Assembly: GCF_001194135.2 (NCBI RefSeq)
Contig: NC_068994.1
Span: 36,830,975 to 36,894,974, forward strand
Reading direction: 5' to 3'
DNA length: 64,000 bases
DNA from: Octopus bimaculoides
Taxonomy: Eukaryota
The notes beneath the pieces are model-generated. The model did not search any database. It was given only the letters and a program-made list of their open reading frames with translations, and was not told where the DNA came from. Positions 51,886 to 64,000 of the stretch are shown here, one piece after another. Made by a program: the position numbers and the translations under genes. The first letter of the stretch is position 1. Each line of letters starts with the position of its first letter.

Positions 51886-53313
51886 TTTTTTTAATATTCA
51901 ATAGCATAATACTTATTAGAAGGAAAGATAAATTAATGGTACTTTATTTTATGATAGCTTCTGCCTATCTAGACTCTGTCTCAAACTTAAACAGGCATGG
52001 TGAACAGCATGTATCATATCTTGAATAGCAGGAGAAGAATGTATTTCAGAACTGCTACTATTTAATTTTTTCATCCTATGTCTAAGGTATCTATTGGAAA
52101 TGAGAGTTTGGCATAGTGACTACTGATGTAAGAAACTCAATTTCTATGTTAGTGTTGATGATATTTTACCAACTGCTATCACAATCTTTGGAGACACTTC
52201 GAAGCCACTTATGAAGGGACACACTCTCTGAGCAGAAAGATATCATGAAAGATATTAACACCATTAGAAAGCTGATAAATCATTTGCCCCTGAAAAGAAC
52301 CAACCGTAGTAATTATAACATTGCATGGGTTTCCACAAGGAACCCAAAGAGAGTTCTGTAAAGCACAAAGAACAAATTCTTCATCATCTGACAGAAGCCC
52401 ATCATTTCTGTGCTTTTTAGAAATAAGAAATGTAAAAAGCTAGGGGTCATGGCATCTTCTGATGCTATAACTTGTACTTCTTCTGATACTATATCTTTGA
52501 ATGGTATGGAAAAAAATTGATGACTACAACAGGCACCCAACTGATAACAGTTATAGACCAGATCAAATGGGGAAACTATAATTGAGTCCACAGCAGACAT
52601 GCAAAAAAAATTTTTAGTGGCAATAAAATTATTTTATCGAAGTAAAAATTATTTTTATAGGTTATTGAAATTGTTTGGTACATTGCATACATTGTCTTTG
52701 TTTAATCCTGCTCATAAAATGCAAAGAGAATCTCTTTTGAAATCTCCAAATGCAGTTTATCACTTTTGTGATACTGCAGCACTAATTCTGACACAAAAAC
52801 TGCACACAACAGCCAAAAGCTGATCATTAATTACACAAAGGCAGACTGATAATCCATTGCATATTATTGGGAGGCCATGCAGGGCATGCATCTTTTGTGC
52901 TAAGATGCAAGGGATAGAGACTATTTAGCATATAGTAACTCTGTCAAGATAGCTGCTCTCAGTTTTATTGCAGTGGTTGCTCAAAGAAAACTTCGTTCAC
53001 CCAAGGATTGTTTACATCATATCACAATAAAGTCCATGTAAAACATTGATCTGAACAGCATTGGATGTCATTTTGTAGTATACAGCCTCGTTATATCTTG
53101 TAAGATAACTTTCTAATTTATAGATTTCCATAAAACTTTGCTGGATTATGTAAAACTGGATTGTAAATTCACAAACAGGATTATTTGAAACTGGAAAGAT
53201 ATATTTTGTTATAAAAAAAAAAAGCTGTCAATTGTAACTGAATATGATTTGGCAGTATGTACGATGCTTTTGCTGATTGTTTCTGGTATCTATGCAATCA
53301 GAAGCAAACATAC

Positions 53314-53367
53314 AGAACTTCTTGGCCCTCTCACTGTAGATTCAGCAGAGCATTGAGGATGTGACAG
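53314..53367 (-). CDS. Candidate 54-nt internal exon (LSHPQCSAESTVRGPRSS), phase 0 to 0
   Basis: Very strong acceptor tttttctctctcgtttttcag and donor TCT|gtatgt; the other two frames hit stops. Confidence 0.45.
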
Positions 53368-54323
53368 CTGAAAAACGAGAGAGAAAAACCAGCACTCATT
53401 TGGTACTCATTTCCGCTGGTTAGTCAGATCAATGTGTAAAGAATACACTACCTGGTTCAGGAATCAAACACGCAACTATATGATCATGGGCCCAGCATGC
53501 TAACCACTTGGCCACCTGTCTTCACATGCAATGAGGTGAGAATATGCACAAGGCATGTATTCTCAAAAATGTTCAGTTTCGAGTTCACTTGCTAAAGATA
53601 TACATTATCACTTAAGAATACTGTATTAATTTTTATTCTGTAAAAATTTATTTAATTGTCTACAGCTTGAAATGTAACGCAAAGAGGATTATTTATAATT
53701 AGTAGGTAAACAAAAGAATTTCAAAGTTATATAAACCTATAAATTTTAATGAGAGACAAAATCCCTTGGAAAAATAACTTCTGTTTTTATTGATTTTTAT
53801 ACAAGTTAACTAGATTTTAATAACAAGAAGATTGTTCTAAAATATTCTTATTGTATTTTAAAAGAAGATAATTAAAAGCAAAAAGAAAACCCTTGTAAAG
53901 ATACAGTCAAAATCTAGTGTATAATTCTGTACTGTCAACCTCTGTTGTTAAGCAAATCTGATTATAGATTAAACTAATAGATTTAGCAACAATTTCTCAT
54001 AAATCTAATCATAACATGTAACACATTCAATAAGAAAAACTCCATTTTATAAGGTTATTTAGTGCAAACTACTTCTTGTGATGTTCCTGGAAATGATTAT
54101 ATAAATATTGATGTGTGACTTCAATATATCATGTGGATAAAAATTTTATTTGGAGAAACAAACATACAAACATAAATATAACAAGCACAACAAACAGCAC
54201 ATCAATGTTTCAAACATCAATAAATGAAGATTCTTCACAAAGCAATATACACACACATGTATGAACATGCACATGAATGCACATACACACATGCATACAT
54301 TTTATTCTCATACTACCCATAAA

Positions 54324-54390
<67 letters not shown>

Positions 54391-55599
54391 CATGTATATA
54401 AGCTATATGAAATATTTTATGAGTAGGGATGAAATAGCCATCATATTATTATCTGAGAACTAAGTGTGAATAATTGTATTCTGAAACAACAACAACAAAA
54501 AAAATGTTATGATAGTTTCAGATAGTAGGAAGGAAGGAAGGAATGAAGGGAAGTAAAAAAATATTGGGCAGGTGAAAAGTATATGATTAGAGGCCTAAAG
54601 TATAGGACAATTTATAATGATGGCCCGAAAGAAACACAGAAGGAAATAATTATTAATAGAAAAGCCCTTCAGTGAGTTCATTAATTCAGTTATTGGATTT
54701 TGCAGCATTTCCCAATTATATCAGTGATTATGGAGCCATTTACTACAGATATAATAATAATAATTATTTCTTTTATTGGCCACAAGGGCCTAAGTATAAT
54801 ATTACAGTACATGTAATACAAAAAGGTTATAGAACATAGAGATATACCTATATATATATATATATATAAGAAATTGAAGTGGAGAGGGGGTGAAAACTAA
54901 CACAGTATATTAAAATAGGTAACGATGTAGTAAAAACATCTCAGATAGTGTCAGACACCTCACAGTTTCAGTTGCCTACTTCAACTGCAATCACACACAC
55001 ACACACACACACTCAATACACACACACAAGTACATAAATATGTATACATACACAGAGGGATGGATGTATACATATATACATACAATTTCAAACTTCAGGT
55101 TGTATATATTCTATCATGTCTTTACTACCTTTGTCCACACTAATGTATACTTTGTTCAAAGAAACAAACATAACTGAATAATTAACTTGTAGCAAAAAAA
55201 AATTAGAGCAGTTATCTTGTCTTCCACTTGCTGCTAATCAAATTGGTCCCTGAAAAGTCATGATATCTTAGAGATATTCATTTAAATAAACGAGATCCTC
55301 GGTAGTGTAAATGTTGGGAACCACTGTTGTTGGGCATCTTTTGAGGGTGATTTGACAACTATATCTAAAAGGTTATTGGTACAAATGTCTATCGAAGAGG
55401 AGAATGGTAAAATGATAGGTCTTGAGATACTCATAGAAATGCTTTAAAAAAAAAACTACTCCACTTAATCCAGATAAAAATGAAGTCTTCCAGTTTTGTG
55501 ACTGGGAACAAGGGGAATAAAGATAGGAAAATAATCACAAGTATATCAAGGGAAATTAAGATGTGAATGGAAACTATTTAAAATGGAATTTCTAACAAA

Positions 55600-56320
55600 A
55601 ATCTAATGGAAACTGTGAACTGATGTCTTGTACTTTGTATCTCTAGTGGTTAGATTTGTGATGAACATGGTTCAGCTCAGTAAAGCATATCTGGAAGTGC
55701 TGGATGAAATCACTAAGAGAATCCTCAGAGAGTATCTTCTGCTTGGCAGGCATGCAAGTGATGAAAAGTTATTCATGTCAAAGGAAGGTGGAGACAGAGA
55801 TGTCAATAATCTGAAAGCTGTATATAAGAAACAAAATTTAGAATAGCATGCTATATGGAATGTAAAAGGAAAAAAAAAAAGTGTGAATAGATATCCTGCG
55901 TAAAAGAAAGAAATGAGGAGGGGGAAATACTGTTTTATTAGAAGAGGAGCAGAATATGCTCTGCTTTGCATCAGGGAAGTGAAAATTTTGGTCATGATAT
56001 GATCAGAGTAAATGGGAACAGAATGAATGATATATAGAAGATAATCTGAGGAATTAATGCTTAGACAGTATGAAATCTCAGTAGGTTGTGGTTGAAGTAT
56101 ATAACAAATTAGATGAAAAAGCTATGGCAAGCTAAACTGTCAGATGGATTCAAGGAAAACTTCTATCAATAATATTGCAGAAATAAATGGTAGAATCAAA
56201 AGCATTGAGTAAGATACATACAATTTCAGATGACTATATGAATTGTGGAAGTAAAACAGAAAAGTACTCCAGTACGTCCTGGGCAGGATTATTTTATAGG
56301 GCTTTATAATACATTAATAA
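55600..56320 (+). mobile_element. Degenerate Dong/R4-clade non-LTR fragment (post-RT region and RLE remnant)
   Basis: LEVLDEITKRILREYLLLGRHASDEKLFMSKEGGDRDV matches the R4/Dong LD...R.ASDERLY..R..GGRGL motif. Confidence 0.7.
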
Positions 56321-56744
56321 TCATTTAAATAGTTTTGACAGGGCAAGAAAGTGATTAAAAAGCAATTCATTCTCATATAAGATAAGATGAACAGTAGTTC
56401 TCAATTTTTTCTATGCCCCTCACTTCTAAGAAATGTTTAACTAATTTTTACCCTCTCTCTATAAAAGTATGATTGCATTTGAAAATGAAGAAGTCAGTTA
56501 TCTAATAACTAATTGAATTTTAAAAAATTTCAGCTGCATTCAGTATTGTGGATTAATAAAGTTCTTGGTGTGCTCAAAAGAACAATGTTATTTTTTAAAG
56601 TAACATGATAATTTTCTTTGAGAAGTGATTTTAATAATGTTTATACTTTCTCTCTTTGTTGCATCCAGCAAAATACTATTTCACACTCCAGGCTGGGAAC
56701 CTTGTAACAGAGGAACTATACTGCAGACTAAAGAGAAAAATATC

Positions 56745-57275
56745 ATCATCACCATTTAATGTCTGCTTTTCATACTGGCATGGATTGGACAGTTTGATAT
56801 GAAACTGGCTAGCAGGGAGCTGTCCAGACTCCAACTGTTTGTTCTGGCATGGTTTCTACAGCTGGATGCCCTTCCTAATGCCAACCACTTGACAGAGTGT
56901 GCTGGGTGCTTTTTACTTGCCACCAGTACAGGTGCATTTATACAGCACCGGCACAGGTGCATTAACACAGTATTGCTTTAACACAGTACTGGCATGGGTG
57001 CTTTCTAAGTGGCACTGGTATGGATGTTTTTTAAGTGGCACCAGCATTTGAAAGAACAAGCCTGTATGTGTACTTGACATATCTTATCAAATACAGCAAA
57101 TTGCACATCTCCCAGTCCCATATCATTTCCTTGGTGAGGCCCAGTGTCCAAAGAACTTTTCTTACCACTTCGTCCCAAGTCTTCCTGGATCTACTCCTAC
57201 CACAGGTACCCTCCACAATTAAAGCTTGGCACTTCTTTATGCAGCTGTCCTTACCCATACGTATCACATGACCAA
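56745..57275 (-). mobile_element. Older RTE 3' fragment
   Basis: Minus ORF MGKDSCIKKCQALIVEGTCGRSRSRKTWDEVV plus a diverged copy of the same 3'UTR (cagctggatgcccttcctaatgccaacc). Confidence 0.85.
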
Positions 57276-57433
57276 ATTAGCACACAATATTTGGAACTTT
57301 GAATGTTACATGCATGAAGCTACCTTGGAATACTGCATGCATAATGTGATCAGATTTTGTTTCAAGGAATAAACACTAAGACCAGACATACATTATTTAT
57401 AATAATAGCTTGTCTCAATAGGAATTTTAAATA

Positions 57434-57742
57434 CAGGGTGGGCCAAAAGTCACACACATATTAAGTTCATTATGTTCCAGAAATGTCAAATTGCTTCAAT
57501 TTTTCTAAAATTGCATAAAAAAAATAAAATAATGATGAACACACACGTACTTGTAATTGGTGAACAAAACGAATAACAACAACAACAATAATAATAATGA
57601 TGGTGATAACAATCCTTTCTACTATAGGCACAAGGCCTGAAATTTTGGGGAAGGGGACCAGTTAATTAAATCGATCCCAGTGTTTCACTGGTACTTGATA
57701 TAAATGTCAAATGTTTTGATGTGTGACTTTTGGCCCACCCTG
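57434..57742. mobile_element. Tc1/mariner MITE with a nested SINE fragment
   Basis: 23-bp perfect TIR cagggtgggccaaaagtcacaca with TA on both sides. Internal 57600-57700 is a SINE piece with an AAT tail. Confidence 0.88.
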
Positions 57743-58814
57743 TATATAAGAAAAGCTGCAAAAATAACTATGGGTGTATCAACTGGTACTGTTTAAAATA
57801 TATGAAAGGAAGATAAGGTACAGCAGGGAGATTGTACTTGTTGTTAGTTTCAAAATCATGAGACTGGATATGTTTAAAAGCTAATTTAGTATGGAAACTG
57901 CTGAGGTAATATGTATGTACCTACTGAAAACTGATGTGTAAAAATGTGTAGCAATCAACCTTTAAGAAGGTATTGTGTGTGAAGTTTTTTAAACTGCAGT
58001 TCCTTGTCTTAAAGAGATAATAGATTCTTTGCAGAACTACAATGTATGATGGACATAAACAAGGATGAAATTCTAAACTGAAGTCTTTTATATTAAGTTA
58101 AAAGAAAATCAGGAAAGTCATTGGGTAGGAGTTACATATGAGATGGTATCAAAATGTTCCCAGACTAGTTATATTTAATAAAAAATAACTTACTATAGGC
58201 GTAGGAGTGGCTGTGTGGTAAGTAGTTTGCTTACCAACCACATTTTTTTTATTCACTCTCTGTTTATTTTCTCTTATTCCTTTCTGTTAAAGAGCGTAGG
58301 CTCGAAACGTAAAACTAATACACCTGCTTACTGTTCATACACTTGTCTTCNNNNNNNNNNNNNNNNNNNNNNNNNNNNNNNNNNNNNNNNNNNNNNNNNN
58401 NNNNNNNNNNNNNNNNNNNNNNNNNNNNNNNNNNNNNNNNNNNNNNNNNNNNNNNNNNNNNNNNNNNNNNNNNNNNNNNNNNNNNNNNNNNNNNNNNNNN
58501 NNNNNNNNNNNNNNNNNNNNNNNNNNNNNNNNNNNNNNNNNNNNNNNNNNNNNNNNNNNNNNNNNNNNNNNNNNNNNNNNNNNNNNNNNNNNNNNNNNNN
58601 NNNNNNNNNNNNNNNNNNNNNNNNNNNNNNNNNNNNNNNNNNNNNNNNNNNNNNNNNNNNNNNNNNNNNNNNNNNNNNNNNNNNNNNNNNNNNNNNNNNN
58701 NNNNNNNNNNNNNNNNNNNNNNNNNNNNNNNNNNNNNNNNNNNNNNNNNNNNNNNNNNNNNNNNNNNNNNNNNNNNNNNNNNNNNNNNNNNNNNNNNNNN
58801 NNNNNNNNNNNNNN

Positions 58815-58859
<45 letters not shown>

Positions 58860-59208
58860 GTATATATATTTATATGCTCATGTTGTCCAAAATTACAGCA
58901 TTTTAAGTGATAAGCTAGAAATGGTATTTAATAAAAGCACCAACTTGACATTATCCATATATTTGATATATAAAATATTATATAATTTTTGATAATTTTT
59001 ATTGAAAATATTTCAAAGAATTGGATCCATATACACATACATACATGCATGCAGACAGACAGATAGACAGACACACACACACACACATGCATTTTGGTGT
59101 GTCTGTATCTACTCTTTCAGTCTATCCCTCCTAATACAGCTATGCCTTACACTCTCTCTACCCTCTTATTCCTTTTCTAGCTCACTCCACTCTGTTCTGT
59201 GTTTCACA

Positions 59209-59530
59209 TTTTGGGATGGTCATTCTTTTTTCCTTGCCAAATAAACACATGCACTATATATATATATATATTCATTCTTCGTTCATTTGTTATTGTTCAT
59301 ATTTCATCTCATATCCATTGTCTGGAAATCTTCACACAGTTGTGTGATGAAAGATTTGCAGATAATGGACATAAGATAAAATAAGACCAATAATGAATGA
59401 ATGAAGAACGAACATATAGTGTGTGTGTTTATTTGGCAAGGAAAAAGAAATGATCATCCCAAAAGATAGCAATATCTGTTTCAACACACAATTCCACATC
59501 ATGTATCTTGCAAAACAAATTCATGAACAT
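59209..59530. mobile_element. Foldback/MITE-like palindromic element
   Basis: 59209-59335 is an imperfect reverse complement of 59345-59464; homologous to 7181-7460. Confidence 0.75.
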
Positions 59531-59857
59531 ATATATGCACACACACGCATACACACAAACACACACACACACATACATATTATATATATATTCTATCCTA
59601 GTGAAGTGTAGTATGAGGTGGAAGAGACATATATACATACATACATACATATATATTTGAAAGTCTTTGTAAAAAATTACTTAATATAGTTTTTAAGTGT
59701 GAAGAGGATTTTCTTTTTTTTTAATTATTTAAAAAAAAAAATATGGAATTTTTTATCAGGATATGACTAACCTTTTTTGGAAGAAGTTTTTTTCCTAGCG
59801 TGTGAGCACTTTCGATTAACCTTTTTCAAACACACGTGCTCTTAGCTATATATATAT

Positions 59858-59892
<35 letters not shown>

Positions 59893-61728
59893 AATATATA
59901 TATATNNNNNNNNNNNNNNNNNNNNNNNNNNNNNNNNNNNNNNNNNNNNNATATATAAGGCATGAAATTGCATTTGACCCTCTGGGTGATAACCAATACA
60001 GAGTTGGTGACTTCCTCTGTCTGTTTGTTGTTAGTTTGCGTATTTATTATGTTTTTAACTTATTATATATATATATATGTATGTATGTATGTATCTTTTG
60101 CCTACGGTCACATAGAAAGTGTAGAATGCCGTCTAACCGGTCCCCTGAACATCTCCTGGGCCATTTTTGTTTATACTTGCATCTAACACTCTATAAAAGG
60201 CAAAAATTGACATCGTGCTGGTTAATTTGTCCAGTTGGTAGAGAGCTGTGAGTGACTGGTAACATTTCAAATGTCATATATCCAATCTTAGTTCACATTT
60301 AACCCAGGGCCTAATGAAATTTATGGAAGGGTATAGTTGGTTGTATTGACATGTAATTATTTTATTGATTCCAGCAGTATGGCAGGTGAGAGGACCATGT
60401 TAAGATATGAGCTCAAAATATGAAGAGATTTGCTCTACCATTTCTGTCCATCTTTTCTGTCAAATATTGATTTCTTTCTTATGTTGATGGAGCCCTTCTA
60501 TTTTGGGGAGAAGTTCAGTTGATTATATTGACTCCAGTATCTATCTAGTACTTTATTTTATTTTTGACTCCGGAAGAACGAAGGTGACACATTGTTGAGT
60601 TTTTGCTTGTTGGCCACATATAAACGATAAACAAAGCACATGAACAATTAACGGAAACTTTGTTTACTGCACATAGTGTTTGCTGTGTTGGTCTTTGGAT
60701 GAAAAATAAAAACAACAGTTTGTACATACTGAGAAAGACAAACTCTGTGGTCTACAACAAAATAGCTGGTATGTGACTAGAACATCATAACTGGGGAAAT
60801 ATTGTGCTAAATTAATGATGGCAAATCTATACCTTCAATCTGCATGGTTGGTAAATGGAAAAACTGAGAAGAGAGTTGTTTAAGCAACTGGCTCAGCCTT
60901 CTGAAATTACAGCCAAAAATCTGCCTTTTATAAGACTCATTAGAAGGTTCTAAAAAGTTGAATCCCTTGATAGCTTGATGCTGATTGGTCAGTTAACTGG
61001 CTGATCATGTGACATGATAATCATCTCACTATGGCATCCACATGGCTGTCCAGTTTCAAAGCTGCTACAATGGTAAAGTTATACTTGGTGGGATTTGAAA
61101 TCAGAGAGTAAAGAACTGTAACAAAATATTGTAAGGCATTTTGCCCAGCATTGTGATGATTCTGTTAATACATTGTCCTAACTTAGGGGCATAATGTGTA
61201 TATGTGTGTCTGGATCAATCCTTGAGTCTGAAGCCCCTGCCCCCCCATACAGGGTTATACAGCTGACTTAAAGATGCTACCCCACTACAAGTAATGCTCC
61301 CCATTCCAAGCTATGCTTCTATCCTAACATAGTCTGGGAAAAGCAGAAAGTTTGAGCAATGGATTTCTAAGAATTTCTGCTGACATTTTCTAAGCTAAAA
61401 ATAAAAAAGGTATGAAGATCCCAGCTTTTGAGGAAAATAAATGAATATTTTTTTCTCTTTTTTTTACATTTTATGGAAAACATTTCTGATATAAATTATG
61501 ATCCAGATGAAAATGAAGTTAATGAAAATGCAGTGAGTTATTTGCTATCTGAAGTATTTAGTTAGAGGCATAAGAAAATAATTGTAACATGGTGTTTCAT
61601 TAACAAAGCAGCTGATTTTACAATGACATGTTTTTATCAATTTAATCTGCAGTTAGATGACAGAAGAATATTGCAGTGGCAATTTTGTTGCCAGACATTG
61701 CTGCTGCACTGTTGACAGGTGGCTTTAC

Positions 61729-61764
61729 TTCATATCCATTATTCATATTGCCTTTAAATCTAGT
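61729..61764 (-). CDS. Candidate 36-nt internal exon (TRFKGNMNNGYE), phase 0 to 0
   Basis: Acceptor ttttatccttatcttctttgcatag, donor GAA|gtaaag; phase-compatible with the 53.3 kb and 35.2 kb exons. Confidence 0.35.
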
Positions 61765-61954
61765 CTATGCAAAGAAGATAAGGATAAAACGGTTTCTGTA
61801 TTTGTTTAGGAATAGACATTACATTGGCAATGGAAGAAAAAAAGTACAAGAACAAATGAAAAAAGATAAAAGAATCAAGATTAGAAAGGAATTACATTAG
61901 TTGATAGAGGAAACTGCTTGTTTAATGGGACCAATTTATGAACCCACTTTTCTG

Positions 61955-61988
<34 letters not shown>

Positions 61989-62159
61989 AAACACGAAATA
62001 GAAGTTGTAAAAAAAAAACATCTACAATAACAATGGAACAAAGTGTTCTTCTTCTGCTTCCTAACACCAATGCCATCATATTTGAAGTAACTCTATTTCT
62101 GGTTTCTTTCAGGCACAGCAAAATCAATACCACCGACAAAATTGTGGTTTTTAAAACAG

Positions 62160-62196
<37 letters not shown>

Positions 62197-63781
62197 TGGC
62201 AGAATGTAATCATGATTCTATATGATTGAATAGAAAATGCATAAATATATAGCTCTATCTGCTTATACATAAACATACATGGCGTCGTCTAATTGCATTG
62301 GTTCAGTGTGAAGAAATATTATCCCCTATAATTTTTATCACTCCAGCCAGCCTGGTCACTGCCAGTATTCAAGTGGAAAAATATATTATCACAGTAAATA
62401 CGACTGCACATTCTATGGCTATATCATAAATAGGCATAATCAGAAGCCGATATTATGAAAGCTTTTAGTGGTCTTTTGAGATGAGTCAGCCCTATATCTG
62501 TTTTATCAAAAGGCTAATGAAAAATCTCCAAGTCAGTTATTAGAAAACTTTGAAGAACTACTGGGATGCAAAAACTACCTCAGCTATAAAATATTTTAAT
62601 ATGAAGCAACTGTGACATGGAGGAACTACAAAGTAAGAATATTGAGGAAGAAAAATAATTGCTTTCAAACAACAATTTGGTCGGTAAATTGAAAAACTTT
62701 TATTACCATAGCAAAATACAATCATGAAAGAACCATCAAATAAGACTCCGTGCACTGCTTGACCCACTTGCTAGAAATAGCAGTCCAACATTCTTCAATT
62801 CTCACAAACACAGGCTTCAAATATGGAAGATTGCATTGGATAGTCCTAGATACAGTAATGAATGAAACATAAAAGGAATCTGTATAGAGTGTTCTATCTG
62901 TTAGAAATAGCAGCCTAAGTTCCTGCAAATCATATAGATACAGTCTTTAAAAAGATTACATTAGGTAATATAATCATAAGCATGCTGTCCTTGAAAACAA
63001 GATGTAGTAATTGTGATTGGGACACCTCTGACATGCCTGGCTCATCTGGAACTGACTGGTGGAAGTGTGTGGGGTGGTGGTAACAACAACACATTAACAA
63101 CAGCTGTGACAACAACAACAGAAGACAAGTTGTGTGTTATTTCTCCTATGATTTCCATACAGCATTTTCTTCTATGCATTATCCCACTCAATGGGATATC
63201 CTTTTAAAGAGAAATGGCTCTGTAAGCATGTGTATGTGTTGTGTGTGCATGTGTTGGAAGTAGTATAGTGAGTTACAGATAGACAATATGTGAACAGTTG
63301 TGTACTTTAACCAATGTGTAACCATAACTGACATTGGAACCTCACTGTAAAGCTATGATTTAAACTATGTTCCATGTTAGCCCATTGTATGATGCCACAG
63401 ATTGGCAGTCATTTTAAGTTGTCCCCTGTATATGACTGGTATTTTGTTTTACAATCCTGGAAGGATGAAAGGCTAATGTTGACCTTTGCAGGATTTGAAC
63501 TCAGAATCTAAAGAATCAGAATAAATCCCATTAGTTATTTTAACTGGTAACCAAGCAATACTGCCAGTTTACCACCCTAGGAATTATGCACATCAATCAT
63601 GAATCCTTCCAAATAACTTAAAGATTGCTGGATTGGAAAGCAATCTTTGAGAAATTTGATAATCGAAACTATTGAGACAATTTGGCCCAGATGTTTGCAC
63701 ACAGACAATTTGGTACAGTTGACTGGATTTGACCAGTTTTGGCAACAGTACTTTTTTGGTACTCGAGGCAAACATACACAC

Positions 63782-64000
63782 ACATCATCATCATCATCAT
63801 CATCGTTTAACGTCCGCTTTCCATGCTAGCATGGGTTGGACGATTTGACTGAGGACTGGTGAAACCGGATGGCAACACCAGGCTCCAATCTAATTTGGCA
63901 GAGTTTCTACAGCTGGATGCCCTTCCTAACACCAACCCCTCAGAGAGTGTGGTGGGTGCTTTTACGTGTGACCCGCACGAAAACGGCCACGCTCGAAATG
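63782..64000 (-). mobile_element. RTE 3'UTR and (GAT)n tail, same young family as 15609-15820, cut by the window edge
   Basis: Reverse complement aligns to 15609-15820 with 5 substitutions in about 210 bp. Confidence 0.9.

Noticed and set aside
58284-58310. ttaaagagcgtaggctcgaaacgt, a hammerhead-like GAAAC box in a pLTR-like repeat; similar motif at about 21018-21052 on the minus strand
   Set aside because: The CUGANGA core is broken in both copies, so at most these are dead remnants.
61472-61531. MENISDINYDPDENEVNENA followed by gtgagt on the plus strand
   Set aside because: No identifiable downstream exon; equally consistent with a decayed acidic transposase N-terminus.

Overview
AT-rich eukaryotic intronic/intergenic DNA from a gapped short-read assembly. 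It has 8 N-gaps, most flanked by (TA)n or (CA)n. The repeat content (tRNA-derived SINEs with internal microsatellites, RTE, Dong/R4 and Penelope-like retroelements, mariner, hAT and Tc1 MITEs) looks like an octopus genome; this is recognition-based inference, not a database match. Most ORFs in the supplied track are microsatellite or gap artefacts. The best-supported host coding signal is a set of small, widely spaced minus-strand exons (35065-35212 and terminal 29542-29822, with weaker ones at 53314-53367 and 61729-61764). They encode a low-complexity, Tyr-motif-bearing C-terminus that I cannot name. Further phase-compatible minus-strand exons lie at 26.3, 23.2, 9.6, 4.8 and 0.8 kb but are speculative. 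Structural highlights are: a candidate minimal type-I hammerhead ribozyme (26678-26715); snap-back inverted duplications at the 5' ends of three unrelated retroelements (RTE, SINE, Penelope); a two-copy foldback family; a 171-bp near-identical local duplication; and an (AAT)n insertion hotspot. No rRNA, genuine tRNA gene or CRISPR array is seen.
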